This document shows positions 34,706 through 42,445 of a stretch of DNA of 56,915 nucleotides, piece by piece (position 1 is the first letter of the stretch; every line of letters begins with the position of its first letter). The notes beneath the pieces were generated by a model. It worked only from the letters and a program-made list of their open reading frames with translations. It had not been told where the DNA came from and did not search any database. This stretch comes from Acutalibacteraceae bacterium. GTDB lineage: Bacteria > Bacillota > Clostridia > Oscillospirales > Acutalibacteraceae. Location of the stretch: the NCBI GenBank assembly GCA_045587085.1, contig JAZNBP010000120.1:1-56915 (forward strand), read 5' to 3'. The position numbers and the translations under genes are program-made.

Positions 34706-36115
34706 CTACTCCTTTACAGTATTCGGTGCTTGCTTTAATGATATACCCTTAAGCATTGTCGGGTCAAGTGTTCTTGAGTGTACTTCCAACTCTACAGCTT
34801 CAGCTCCTCTAGCTCTTCGTGCTTCATAAAGACGCTCAAGCGTAACACGATACAGAGGTTTAAGCTCCCTCTTCCAAGAAAGAAGATAATGAACTACATA
34901 ACCGAGACAGTCTCCTTTATGGTCAGGAGCTCCCTTATTGCCTTTACTAGGCTGTCCTGTTCTTGGGTCTTTCTGCCAAGTCATAAGTGTTGTTTCCAAA
35001 TCCTTACACATAGGACATATAAATAGATGTTCTGCAACGAAAAGCTTATTACAAGCAAAGTTACGGTCACCAACGAGAGGATTGCACGAACGATAAGCTA
35101 TTTTAATCCCGAAAGTATGGAGCTCTTTCTTAAACTCAACGAAATGCTCTTTATATGTCATATCAGGTATCCAAAGAATATAATTTTCAGGAAAATCATA
35201 TCTAAATACCTCAGGAGCTCGTCTTATATCAGGAAACTCATAATCTTTAATTGCAATTATAGCCTGATTAATAATACAGAAAGCTACAGCGTTATTACCA
35301 AAGCTGTTGAAGTCTTGTCCAATGTAAATCGGAAGCTTGTTGTCTCTTGCATATTCATACAAGTCAGAATCAAGCTTATTCTTATCAGGATTATAGTCAG
35401 GAAATATGAGTCCTGAATCAATGGATACAAACTTACCTTCTAGCAGACAATCACGTTCCTTCTCGTTATAGATAGAATACATATTATCTACGTAATCCTT
35501 AGGTAGATATATGTTATCTCTCGTACGTGCCCTCATAAGTACGTAACCTATGCCTGACTTCTTGAAGTGCATTACAGTTTGATATGTACCTTTCAATCCC
35601 TGAGAAGAAGTTGTGTAAACCATAAATGGTGTTCTGAATCCGTCTATCTGCTGACGACAACGGTCATTTATAGATTTTACTACAGCCATAGCTGTCTGAG
35701 TATCAAGCTCGTCCAACTCGTCTGTGTATGAAGCACATACTGAGAAACCGTAGATATTTGATTCATCTTCGTCAGGGATAAGCAGTAACTCTACATTGCC
35801 TACTGTAATAATGTTATGAGCCTTGTCATATACATATTCTGAGTTAGTCTCTTTTAAGTCCTGCTCCAAAAGACCTGTAAGTGTCTTTTTCATAAAGGTA
35901 AGGTTTTTAGAAGCAATCAGAATCTTCGGATTATGTCCTTCTAAATCCTTCTTACCTAATACCTGCTTGATTGTATATTCAATAGCTTTACATAAAGCTG
36001 ATGTCTTACCTGAAGCGTATCCTGCTACTAGAAAGAAAAAGTTTATCTCAGGAAACCTTGAAGGTGCTTGTACAAGCTGACCTTGGTGCGGTAAGAGCTT
36101 AACTAGCGTTGCCAT
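34706..36115 (-). CDS. terL: Terminase large subunit
   Basis: Walker A VAGYASGKTS, Walker B-like CASYTDELDE, C-terminal nuclease-like IGQDFN segment. Confidence 0.7.
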   Translation of the reverse strand: MATLVKLLPHQGQLVQAPSRFPEINFFFLVAGYASGKTSALCKAIEYTIKQVLGKKDLEGHNPKILIASKNLTFMKKTLTGLLEQDLKETNSEYVYDKAHNIITVGNVELLLIPDEDESNIYGFSVCASYTDELDELDTQTAMAVVKSINDRCRQQIDGFRTPFMVYTTSSQGLKGTYQTVMHFKKSGIGYVLMRARTRDNIYLPKDYVDNMYSIYNEKERDCLLEGKFVSIDSGLIFPDYNPDKNKLDSDLYEYARDNKLPIYIGQDFNSFGNNAVAFCIINQAIIAIKDYEFPDIRRAPEVFRYDFPENYILWIPDMTYKEHFVEFKKELHTFGIKIAYRSCNPLVGDRNFACNKLFVAEHLFICPMCKDLETTLMTWQKDPRTGQPSKGNKGAPDHKGDCLGYVVHYLLSWKRELKPLYRVTLERLYEARRARGAEAVELEVHSRTLDPTMLKGISLKQAPNTVKE

Positions 36116-36632
36116 TCTCTTTCTCCTCTTTCTCTTTCAATCTCTGCTTAGCGTCTGCCTTAAGACGAGCTTCAAATGAATCAGTATCGTCACTTACTCC
36201 GAAGTCAGCTCCAATCTCTCTTGAGTTACCTCCGTGATTAACTTCAACTGTCTCAAGTGATTCAAAGTCTTCTCGGCTCATAGCTACGAAAGCTACGTTA
36301 AGAGCGTTACTTTCGTCCTTTGTGATATTAATATCTTCAAGCAAAAGTTTCTGCTTCATTTCCAAAGCTTTCAACACAGTGCCTGACATATCTGTGCCTT
36401 TCTCTGAGTGATTGTATGTTTCAGCTAATACCTTGTCCAATGTATTAAGTTGGTCTACGAAAAGTCCTGCTTTAATAGCTTTAGTTTCTGCTATATATTC
36501 AGGGTCTTCAAGCATACGTATACGTACATCTTTAGGTACTTTGCATATGTCCATAGCCAATGAGTCTTTGTAAATGATACGGTATTGTTGAATTACTTCA
36601 GCACGTAATTCTTCGTACGATTTTTCTGCCAT
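36099..36632 (-). CDS. Terminase small subunit candidate
   Basis: First gene of the late operon, overlaps terL start by 17 nt; function by position only. Confidence 0.35.
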   Translation of the reverse strand: MAEKSYEELRAEVIQQYRIIYKDSLAMDICKVPKDVRIRMLEDPEYIAETKAIKAGLFVDQLNTLDKVLAETYNHSEKGTDMSGTVLKALEMKQKLLLEDINITKDESNALNVAFVAMSREDFESLETVEVNHGGNSREIGADFGVSDDTDSFEARLKADAKQRLKEKEEKENGNAS

Positions 36633-36650
36633 TGTTTCCCTCTAGTGCCA

Positions 36651-36679
36651 ATTATATTATATGTGTTTACAGAAGTCAA
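36651..36679 (-). promoter_or_regulatory. Near-consensus sigma70-type promoter of the late/structural operon
   Basis: Minus strand TTGACT (36679-36674) N17 TATAAT (36656-36651), 19 nt before ATG 36632. Confidence 0.65.
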
Positions 36680-36694
36680 ACCTTGATGTATTAT
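36666..36694 (+). promoter_or_regulatory. Divergent plus-strand promoter overlapping the late promoter
   Basis: TTTACA 36666-36671, N17, TATTAT 36689-36694. Confidence 0.4.
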
Positions 36695-36700
36695 TAAATA

Positions 36701-36784
36701 CAAAGAGACTCCTCAATCTGCCATTGATGTTATTCTCTTTTCCTTCGTTGGGGCTTTCAGAAATGAGAGCCCCTTTTTATTTTT
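36701..36784 (+). ncRNA. Candidate short terminated transcript (about 84 nt sRNA)
   Basis: Bounded by the promoter above and the terminator at 36750-36784; no SD-led ORF inside. Confidence 0.3.
36750..36784 (+). terminator. Rho-independent terminator in the control region
   Basis: GGGGCTTTC (36750-36758) pairs GAGAGCCCC (36765-36773), then TTTTTATTTT. Confidence 0.65.
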
Positions 36785-36785
36785 A

Positions 36786-36850
36786 GGGGTATGCCTTTGC
36801 AGGAAAAGGGGGTGGTGGGGTAGGTGGGGTCTTTGAAAGGAGTACAGGGG
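36786..36850 (+). other. G-run cluster (possible G-quadruplex) in an otherwise A+T-rich genome
   Basis: GGGG 36786-89, GGGGG 36808-12, GGGG 36817-20, GGGG 36826-29, GGGG 36847-50. Confidence 0.5.
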
Positions 36851-36997
36851 TGGTGCTCGCTGATAATGAAAATGATAAAAATGATAAAAAAGGTTTTTAT
36901 ACTAAGCTTGGTTTAGAATGTGAAAAATGCGATTTTGTGTGAAGGAAAGGGTATCAATCCCGTTACCTCCCCTGAAGAGTAAAAAATCTGACAGACC

Positions 36998-37070
36998 GTT
37001 TCACGTGAAACACTTGTCCTACCTGCCATAACTAACGGTCGATAGCCTGTAAACTAATGACCGTTAGTTA
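36998..37070. repeat. Perfect 14-bp palindrome plus 12-bp inverted repeat
   Basis: GTTTCACGTGAAAC 36998-37011; TAACTAACGGTC 37029-37040 pairs GACCGTTAGTTA 37059-37070 (18-nt loop), just 3' of the minus gene 37077..37307. Confidence 0.85.
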
Positions 37071-37076
37071 GTCACC

Positions 37077-37307
37077 TTAAAATTTCATTATGTAAGTTTT
37101 AATGTTTCCCGATTTCGTGCACTTGAAGTATTTAATATCTTTCATATTATCATTGTCACTAATTAAGTGTGCAACACTCAGGACACCTACAGTAAAATAA
37201 TAACTATCATCACTTTTATTGTAATAATAAACACCTTCAAGTGTTTTCTTTTTGTCCATAGCACAATCAATTATATTGTGTCTGATTTGTGTTTCATTGA
37301 ATTTCAT
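37077..37307 (-). CDS. Solitary hypothetical protein (76 aa) inside the control region
   Basis: GGAGG 8 nt before ATG 37307; GGGGAAATCCCC box about 70 nt upstream. Confidence 0.5.
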   Translation of the reverse strand: MKFNETQIRHNIIDCAMDKKKTLEGVYYYNKSDDSYYFTVGVLSVAHLISDNDNMKDIKYFKCTKSGNIKTYIMKF

Positions 37308-37377
37308 AATTCATAACCTCCAAAAAATGATTTAATTTATAATATAAATATAGCGAATAAAACGGGCTTATGGTATA

Positions 37378-37389
37378 GGGGAAATCCCC
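37378..37389. promoter_or_regulatory. Palindromic GGGGAAATCCCC box (early-cassette box copy)
   Basis: Direct reading; same box family as the 8 plus-strand cassettes. Confidence 0.5.
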
Positions 37390-37848
37390 TATATTTCAGA
37401 ATATAACAAAATATTATATTTACGTTATTCAGGAATAAGAAACGCCTGTTATCTCAAAAAGAGTAACAAAAAGAGTAAGTTTAATTTTATATTTAATTTG
37501 TAGCCACGCAAAACAAAATGAAAAAAGATAAATTGTATACAATTTAGTTGTTTTCGATTTGAATGAACACCATATAATTTTACTATATTTAATTGTCATC
37601 TTATCCCGTTAGTCCTGTATAACATAAATACTATACAAATAAAGCGTAACAAAACTACTATACATTTGAAATAGTGTTGAAATCTTGAAAAGTTTCTGAA
37701 AATCTCAAAAAATCGAATAGAAAATCGTACTTACTAGAAAAATGACTAAAAAACGTTTTACTTACTTTTTTATATACTACAGAAAACAAAAAGAGTCATA
37801 AAACTAGTAAGTAAAAAACAGCAATTCAAAATTGAAAAAATATAGATT

Positions 37849-37878
37849 TATACAATTTTTGAATAGATTTGTTATACT
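37849..37878 (+). promoter_or_regulatory. Extended -10 promoter for the first early gene
   Basis: TATACA N18, with TGtTATACT (37870-37878). Confidence 0.4.
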
Positions 37879-37964
37879 ATAAACTATTGCGTCGTGCTAT
37901 TCTTAAATCATCAAGCGACGCATTGAGCGACACAAAATTAAATCATATAAGGAGATTTGAAGAT

Positions 37965-38267
37965 ATGACAAAACAAGAGTTTACAAACAAGATTAAAGCA
38001 GTTGCTGAAGGTTTGACAGATTATGAAAAGAAAGTAGTAGACTACTTTGCATTTAATTATCAGACTTTGTACGAAAACTGTTGCGACAATGCGAATTTCG
38101 TTTCTATTGACGAAGTTGAGACAAGCGAAAAAATCAGCAAAAAAGTATTACGTGGCGTTTTCTCTTCTATGATTAAGAAAGGTTTAATTTGTGACGGTGA
38201 AGGTAACGGCGTAGACGATGACGTTTTTACCTCGAATATCGGGGAATTGCTGTTTATTTCTACCTGA
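37965..38267 (+). CDS. Hypothetical early protein
   Basis: AAGGAG before ATG 37965 (internal to ORF 37869..38267). Confidence 0.5.
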   Translation: MTKQEFTNKIKAVAEGLTDYEKKVVDYFAFNYQTLYENCCDNANFVSIDEVETSEKISKKVLRGVFSSMIKKGLICDGEGNGVDDDVFTSNIGELLFIST

Positions 38268-38329
38268 ATGATAAAACTGATTTTGACTCAATGACTGAAG
38301 AACAGATAAATAAGTTTTATTTCTAGTTA

Positions 38330-38370
38330 GGGGATTTCCCTTATAGTAAATCTATAGGGGAATATATAAA
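38330..38370 (+). promoter_or_regulatory. Early promoter-leader cassette
   Basis: Box GGGGATTTCCC, hairpin CCCtTATAG/CTATAGGGG, TATAGT N17 TATAAA. Confidence 0.5.
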
Positions 38371-38402
38371 ATAAACATAGACACAATAACAGGAGGTGTA
38401 TT

Positions 38403-38690
38403 ATGTATACAACAAAATTAAACAAGACAACACAGAAGGCACAAGCATTTATTAATGCTTATTTTGGAAGTCACTATTTCTCTGTTCGTGACTGTTATTC
38501 TACTAGAACGTACACAAAGGAAAGTATTGAAAACAAAATCAAGGAACGTATGAGAAACGAAGGTTTAATTGACTACAGGGTAATTTCTTATAATACTTTC
38601 CATTTTACTTGCGGATATATGGACAAGTCACAAAATATTTTGTACGTGGAAACACACGCAAATATTTTCGAAATTGATTTACGTGATTAA
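38403..38690 (+). CDS. Hypothetical early protein
   Basis: AGGAGG SD. Confidence 0.55.
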   Translation: MYTTKLNKTTQKAQAFINAYFGSHYFSVRDCYSTRTYTKESIENKIKERMRNEGLIDYRVISYNTFHFTCGYMDKSQNILYVETHANIFEIDLRD

Positions 38691-38746
38691 AACAATTTTT
38701 CCCCTTCTGTAATGGGAGGGGAAAATAGTTTAAGAGATTAAATACT

Positions 38747-38932
38747 ATGGATTTATTTATCATTCAACGTATTAAAGGCGTTGCACAGATAGGGAAAGAA
38801 TACCACAATATAACACTTGAGACAGTAAAAACAATTGTTTCTAATATGTTATCAAATTATGATAATTTCATATGTACAGCACAGAGCAAAGAGGAAGCAA
38901 ATAAAACTTGTTTCAAGCTGAATGGATTCTAA
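38747..38932 (+). CDS. Hypothetical early protein
   Basis: ORF track; weak SD (AAGAG). Confidence 0.4.
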   Translation: MDLFIIQRIKGVAQIGKEYHNITLETVKTIVSNMLSNYDNFICTAQSKEEANKTCFKLNGF

Positions 38933-38950
38933 CTATCCCTGTTATAGATA

Positions 38951-38992
38951 GGCAAAATCCCCGATAGATAAATTATCAGGATTTTATATAAT
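38951..38992 (+). promoter_or_regulatory. Early promoter-leader cassette
   Basis: Box GGCAAAATCCCC, TAGATA 38965-70, N16, TATAAT 38987-92; 27 nt identical to 40000-40026. Confidence 0.55.
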
Positions 38993-39023
38993 AAACTTAT
39001 ATTCAATTTTTGGAGGTTATTTT

Positions 39024-39194
39024 ATGAATAAAGCAAAGTTTAATTATAAGGGAAACAATTATACTATTCTCTTCTTACCTTGTGGAAATATGGCAAGTGT
39101 AACAAAGAATAACGAAGGTACAAGAGATATTAAGTTTGACAATAAACTAACTGTAAAGAGATTTCTAAACGGGCTTGAGAAAATCAAGTTTTAA
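39024..39194 (+). CDS. Hypothetical early protein (56 aa), below ORF-track cutoff
   Basis: TGGAGG 7 nt before ATG 39024, behind a cassette. Confidence 0.5.
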   Translation: MNKAKFNYKGNNYTILFLPCGNMASVTKNNEGTRDIKFDNKLTVKRFLNGLEKIKF

Positions 39195-39213
39195 TATCAG
39201 GAGATTAAACACT

Positions 39214-39546
39214 ATGAAAACATTACTTATATACAAAATCAATTTTTCGTCAAGAGACTCAATTGAGACAACTTTAATATATCGTTATGGAAATACAAAG
39301 GACTTGTACGATAACTGTAAAAACAGTTATTACAGCACAGGACAGAAAATACTTGAGTACGAAACAGTAGATTATAATGAACTTGAAAAGCGTATTTTAT
39401 CGGGAAAAGTTGCACTGTTTCCGATTTCAAAGAACACAGATACATTTTTAATCTGTAATCATAACAGACTTGGAATTATCCCTGTTATGACACCCGTAAA
39501 ATACTATAAAGAGTTTAAAAGCATTTTTGAAAAGAATAATTTATAA
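39214..39546 (+). CDS. Hypothetical early protein
   Basis: AGGAG before ATG 39214 (MKTLL). Confidence 0.5.
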   Translation: MKTLLIYKINFSSRDSIETTLIYRYGNTKDLYDNCKNSYYSTGQKILEYETVDYNELEKRILSGKVALFPISKNTDTFLICNHNRLGIIPVMTPVKYYKEFKSIFEKNNL

Positions 39547-39548
39547 TA

Positions 39549-39590
39549 GGTATTTTCCCCTATGGTAAAAATTATCAAAGGGGATATAAT
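39549..39590 (+). promoter_or_regulatory. Early promoter-leader cassette
   Basis: Box GGTATTTTCCCC, CCCC/GGGG hairpin, TATAAT 39585-90, conserved leader AAAAGCATAAATCAATTTTTGGAGGT. Confidence 0.5.
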
Positions 39591-39622
39591 AAAAGCATAA
39601 ATCAATTTTTGGAGGTTTAGTT

Positions 39623-39997
39623 ATGGCAAAGGCTAAAGTAACTAGAAAATGGATAAGAGATAACTACTACTGTTGTAGTGTAGGTTATTGTGATTTACAG
39701 AACTTACTGCATTATCAGTCAGCAAGTTACTACACTTGTGGGGTTTACGGTTGGAATATGGACGTTTACACGTTCGGGGACTATGCTATAACCACAGGTT
39801 ATAGAGGAATGATAGACAATGTAACAAAAGACTATTATTCCCTGATTCGTGAGTACGACAATAAGGCAAGAGAACTATTGAAAGAACAGTGGAACAGACC
39901 ACACGACGAATTGAAGACAGAAGTCAATAATCTTCTTAAAGAGTTTTTACAAAAGGTTTTTGATACAAAGGATTCTAACAGATTCTATATTTATTAG
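39623..39997 (+). CDS. Hypothetical early protein (Cys/Tyr/Trp-rich)
   Basis: GGAGG SD; WIRDNYYCCSVGYCDLQNLLHYQSASYYTCGVYGWNMDVY. Confidence 0.55.
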   Translation: MAKAKVTRKWIRDNYYCCSVGYCDLQNLLHYQSASYYTCGVYGWNMDVYTFGDYAITTGYRGMIDNVTKDYYSLIREYDNKARELLKEQWNRPHDELKTEVNNLLKEFLQKVFDTKDSNRFYIY

Positions 39998-40039
39998 GGA
40001 AAATCCCCGATAGATAAATTATCAGGGAGACAGTAAAAT
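39997..40039 (+). promoter_or_regulatory. Early promoter-leader cassette
   Basis: Box GGGAAAATCCCC, TAGATA 40011-16, N17, TAAAAT 40034-39. Confidence 0.55.
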
Positions 40040-40071
40040 AGAACTATAAGCAATTTATGGAGGTAATTAAA

Positions 40072-40332
40072 ATGAAAGGAATTATCAGAAAGGGGAGTAA
40101 AGCAGAAAAGAGACTTCGAGCTGTCTCTGAGGATTTACAGGAGAAAATCAACTCAGGTAAAATCGGTAGTATGTCACCTATGGATATATCGGCTATCTGT
40201 TACGTGGCGAAAAAACTTGTGGTTTTTGGTGTAACAAGTACCTTTATTACTAAAGTTGCGGACTATTACAAGAGTTTTGGATTTACTGTTACAAAAGAGT
40301 TTGACAACATACAGTTTGTCATTGTTGCATAG
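40072..40332 (+). CDS. Hypothetical early protein
   Basis: GGAGG before ATG 40072. Confidence 0.5.
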   Translation: MKGIIRKGSKAEKRLRAVSEDLQEKINSGKIGSMSPMDISAICYVAKKLVVFGVTSTFITKVADYYKSFGFTVTKEFDNIQFVIVA

Positions 40333-40342
40333 GAGGAAGTTT

Positions 40343-40648
40343 ATGGCTAAAGATAAACAAAGAATTGTGTACAATGAAAAACTCATTCAGGCTATAAAGA
40401 AATACATTCTTGAAGATGAGGACAAAGAAGAAGTTGTAAATGAACTCAAGCGTTATAAATCTGAGTTCAGGTACTGCATAGGGTACAATTGGTATGCTTA
40501 CGGCAACATCTTGCCTTATTACTCACAGATTCGGGACTTCTATGAAAAGAATGGAATTGAAGCAAGTGAAAATGACAATATATTACAGAAGCATTTTGAA
40601 AAGCATATTCAAAGAGCTATTGATGAGATTCTGAAAGAAAACAGTTAG
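40343..40648 (+). CDS. Hypothetical early protein
   Basis: AGGAGG before ATG 40343. Confidence 0.5.
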   Translation: MAKDKQRIVYNEKLIQAIKKYILEDEDKEEVVNELKRYKSEFRYCIGYNWYAYGNILPYYSQIRDFYEKNGIEASENDNILQKHFEKHIQRAIDEILKENS

Positions 40649-40690
40649 GTAAAATCCCCGATAGACGAAAATCTATCAGGGGAGTAGAAT
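40648..40690 (+). promoter_or_regulatory. Early promoter-leader cassette
   Basis: Box GGTAAAATCCCC, hairpin CCCCGATAGA/TCTATCaGGGG, TAGACG 40662-67, N17, TAGAAT 40685-90. Confidence 0.55.
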
Positions 40691-40721
40691 AAAAGCATAA
40701 ACAATATTTGGAGGTTTAGTT

Positions 40722-41357
40722 ATGGAAAGAAAGACTTACACAATCTTTGATTCGTACGATACATATTCGGACGAAAGGAAAAAAGAAGCAAAGGAAAATA
40801 TTATCGAAAATGCTTTTTTCGATTCAGATGAAGACGATTGTATCACTGTTACTGATAACTTTGGTAAAGAAGTGAAGGTAACACGTGAAGAGTACGAAAA
40901 GACTATCACCGATGACCGTGTAACCGATGAGTGCTGTTTTCTTGAACAGGCTTGGTTTGAAGATGAAAGGAGTGAACTCAAGCGTGTCTCTGAAGGTGAG
41001 GTATTGGCTATTGCGTCGCTTGGCTTGTGGAATGGTAGACGTTACGGCTATAAGAAAGTTCAGTCTCTTGAAAACATTTTGTACTCAGATTGTGACTATG
41101 AAAGAGTTTTCGTTGATTCTAACGGGGATATTAGAAAAGAGGAAAGTCATCACGACGGAAACAATTCTATCCTGTACAGATATTGGAAAGAAGGCTTGAG
41201 TGAAGAGCAGAAGGAAAACTTTCTGAATAAGATTTACTACGGAAAGTGTTCACAAAAAGATATTACACGTTACACACGTAAAGCAGGCTTGGGAATTGCT
41301 CAGGCGTTCGGGTGGAAAGTAAGAGGGCTTAAAAGACTTACGATTCACGTAGCGTAA
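40722..41357 (+). CDS. Hypothetical early protein (211 aa)
   Basis: GGAGG SD behind a cassette. Confidence 0.55.
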   Translation: MERKTYTIFDSYDTYSDERKKEAKENIIENAFFDSDEDDCITVTDNFGKEVKVTREEYEKTITDDRVTDECCFLEQAWFEDERSELKRVSEGEVLAIASLGLWNGRRYGYKKVQSLENILYSDCDYERVFVDSNGDIRKEESHHDGNNSILYRYWKEGLSEEQKENFLNKIYYGKCSQKDITRYTRKAGLGIAQAFGWKVRGLKRLTIHVA

Positions 41358-41362
41358 AGATA

Positions 41363-41405
41363 GGTAAAATACCTGATAGACGATAGAGTCTATCAGGCGT
41401 AAAAT
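41363..41405 (+). promoter_or_regulatory. Early promoter-leader cassette
   Basis: Box GGTAAAATACCT, perfect 10-bp hairpin CCTGATAGAC/GTCTATCAGG, TAGACG N17 TAAAAT 41400-05. Confidence 0.55.
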
Positions 41406-41437
41406 AAAAGCATAATCCATATGAGGAGGAAAACATT

Positions 41438-42073
41438 ATGGAAAGAAAAATTTTGACTTCACAGAAGGAAGTAGTAAAGAACAGCTTGAAAGAGGACGGT
41501 TTCAACTTCAGTGGAGTAGACGTAGTAAAGTATCTTGGAGATATTTCAGCAGAGACTTATTGTGCTCTTATTGGACTTGACTACCACACGGTAGCTAAGC
41601 TTGGAGACATCACTTACAGTATTTCATACCTGAAAGAGAATGAACTTTTCTTACTCTTGTGCGAGACTTACGTTGATTCAGTTAAGAACGATAAACTTTC
41701 TGTTATCTTGGAAGATACAGAAGATTATCTTGAAATGTTCAAAACAGAAGATAAGGCTCAGTGCTTACCTTCAAATTGGAAAGAACTGATTACTGACGAG
41801 CAGTTACACGACATTTTACAGGAGCGTAATATTCAGACAATCGAGTGTTTGAACGATGATGACGTTCCTGATGAAATGAAGGAAAGAATTGCTAGAGATT
41901 GGTGCGAAAACAACTCAGATGAAATTAAGGACTACTTGGATGAAACAGACAAGATGATAATTGCGTACAATTATATTGAGGAAAATCCTTCTGATTCAGG
42001 AAGTGAGGTTGCTAAGCACATTGGTGATTATGACGCTAAGGACTTGATTAAAGAATTGGTAGACAATCTCTAA
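41438..42073 (+). CDS. Highly acidic early protein (DNA-mimic / anti-restriction candidate)
   Basis: GAGGAGG SD; D/E-rich throughout; function speculative. Confidence 0.3.
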   Translation: MERKILTSQKEVVKNSLKEDGFNFSGVDVVKYLGDISAETYCALIGLDYHTVAKLGDITYSISYLKENELFLLLCETYVDSVKNDKLSVILEDTEDYLEMFKTEDKAQCLPSNWKELITDEQLHDILQERNIQTIECLNDDDVPDEMKERIARDWCENNSDEIKDYLDETDKMIIAYNYIEENPSDSGSEVAKHIGDYDAKDLIKELVDNL

Positions 42074-42086
42074 ACAGGAGTGAACG

Positions 42087-42371
42087 ATGAACTCAGTAAT
42101 TTTATACGGACACTTTGCGGACGTCAGAGCTTCAACTAACGGAAGTGTAGAAGTAAAAGCAGACTTTTCTTGGAAGTCATTAGACGGAAGTTACTCAGCA
42201 ACATTCGTTACTGTAGATGACGCTTGGATAGAAGTAAGAGTAGCAACATCTTCTTTTGAAGAGTTTGAAAAGCGGATAAAACAAAATCCCTTCTGTAAAA
42301 TTGAGGGTAAACTTCGTACAGAAGTTGGACTTGGTAGCGGAATTGTGAGAAATTACGTTTGGTTAGAATAG
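42087..42371 (+). CDS. Small OB-fold/SSB-like protein candidate
   Basis: MNSVILYGHFADVRASTNGSVEVKADFS.. and ..KIEGKLRTE resemble the SSB N-terminal OB pattern. Confidence 0.3.
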   Translation: MNSVILYGHFADVRASTNGSVEVKADFSWKSLDGSYSATFVTVDDAWIEVRVATSSFEEFEKRIKQNPFCKIEGKLRTEVGLGSGIVRNYVWLE

Positions 42372-42413
42372 GGAAAATACCCTATAGACAATCTATACTA
42401 AGTGTGGTATGAT
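42371..42413 (+). promoter_or_regulatory. Early cassette / class I hybrid promoter
   Basis: Box GGGAAAATACCC, TAGACA 42385-90, spacer atctatactaagtgtgg (17), TATGAT 42408-13. Confidence 0.5.
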
Positions 42414-42445
42414 AAAGGTATAAACAGTTTACGGAGGTAAATACT

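Larger units (their letters stand above)
37308..37964. other. A+T-rich non-coding region with iteron-like repeats (origin/regulatory candidate)
   Basis: No ORF; CAAAAAGAGTAA tandem at 37455-37478 and a third copy at 37787-37798; TACTTACTAG 37728-37737 inverted with CTAGTAAGTA 37804-37813. Confidence 0.45.
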
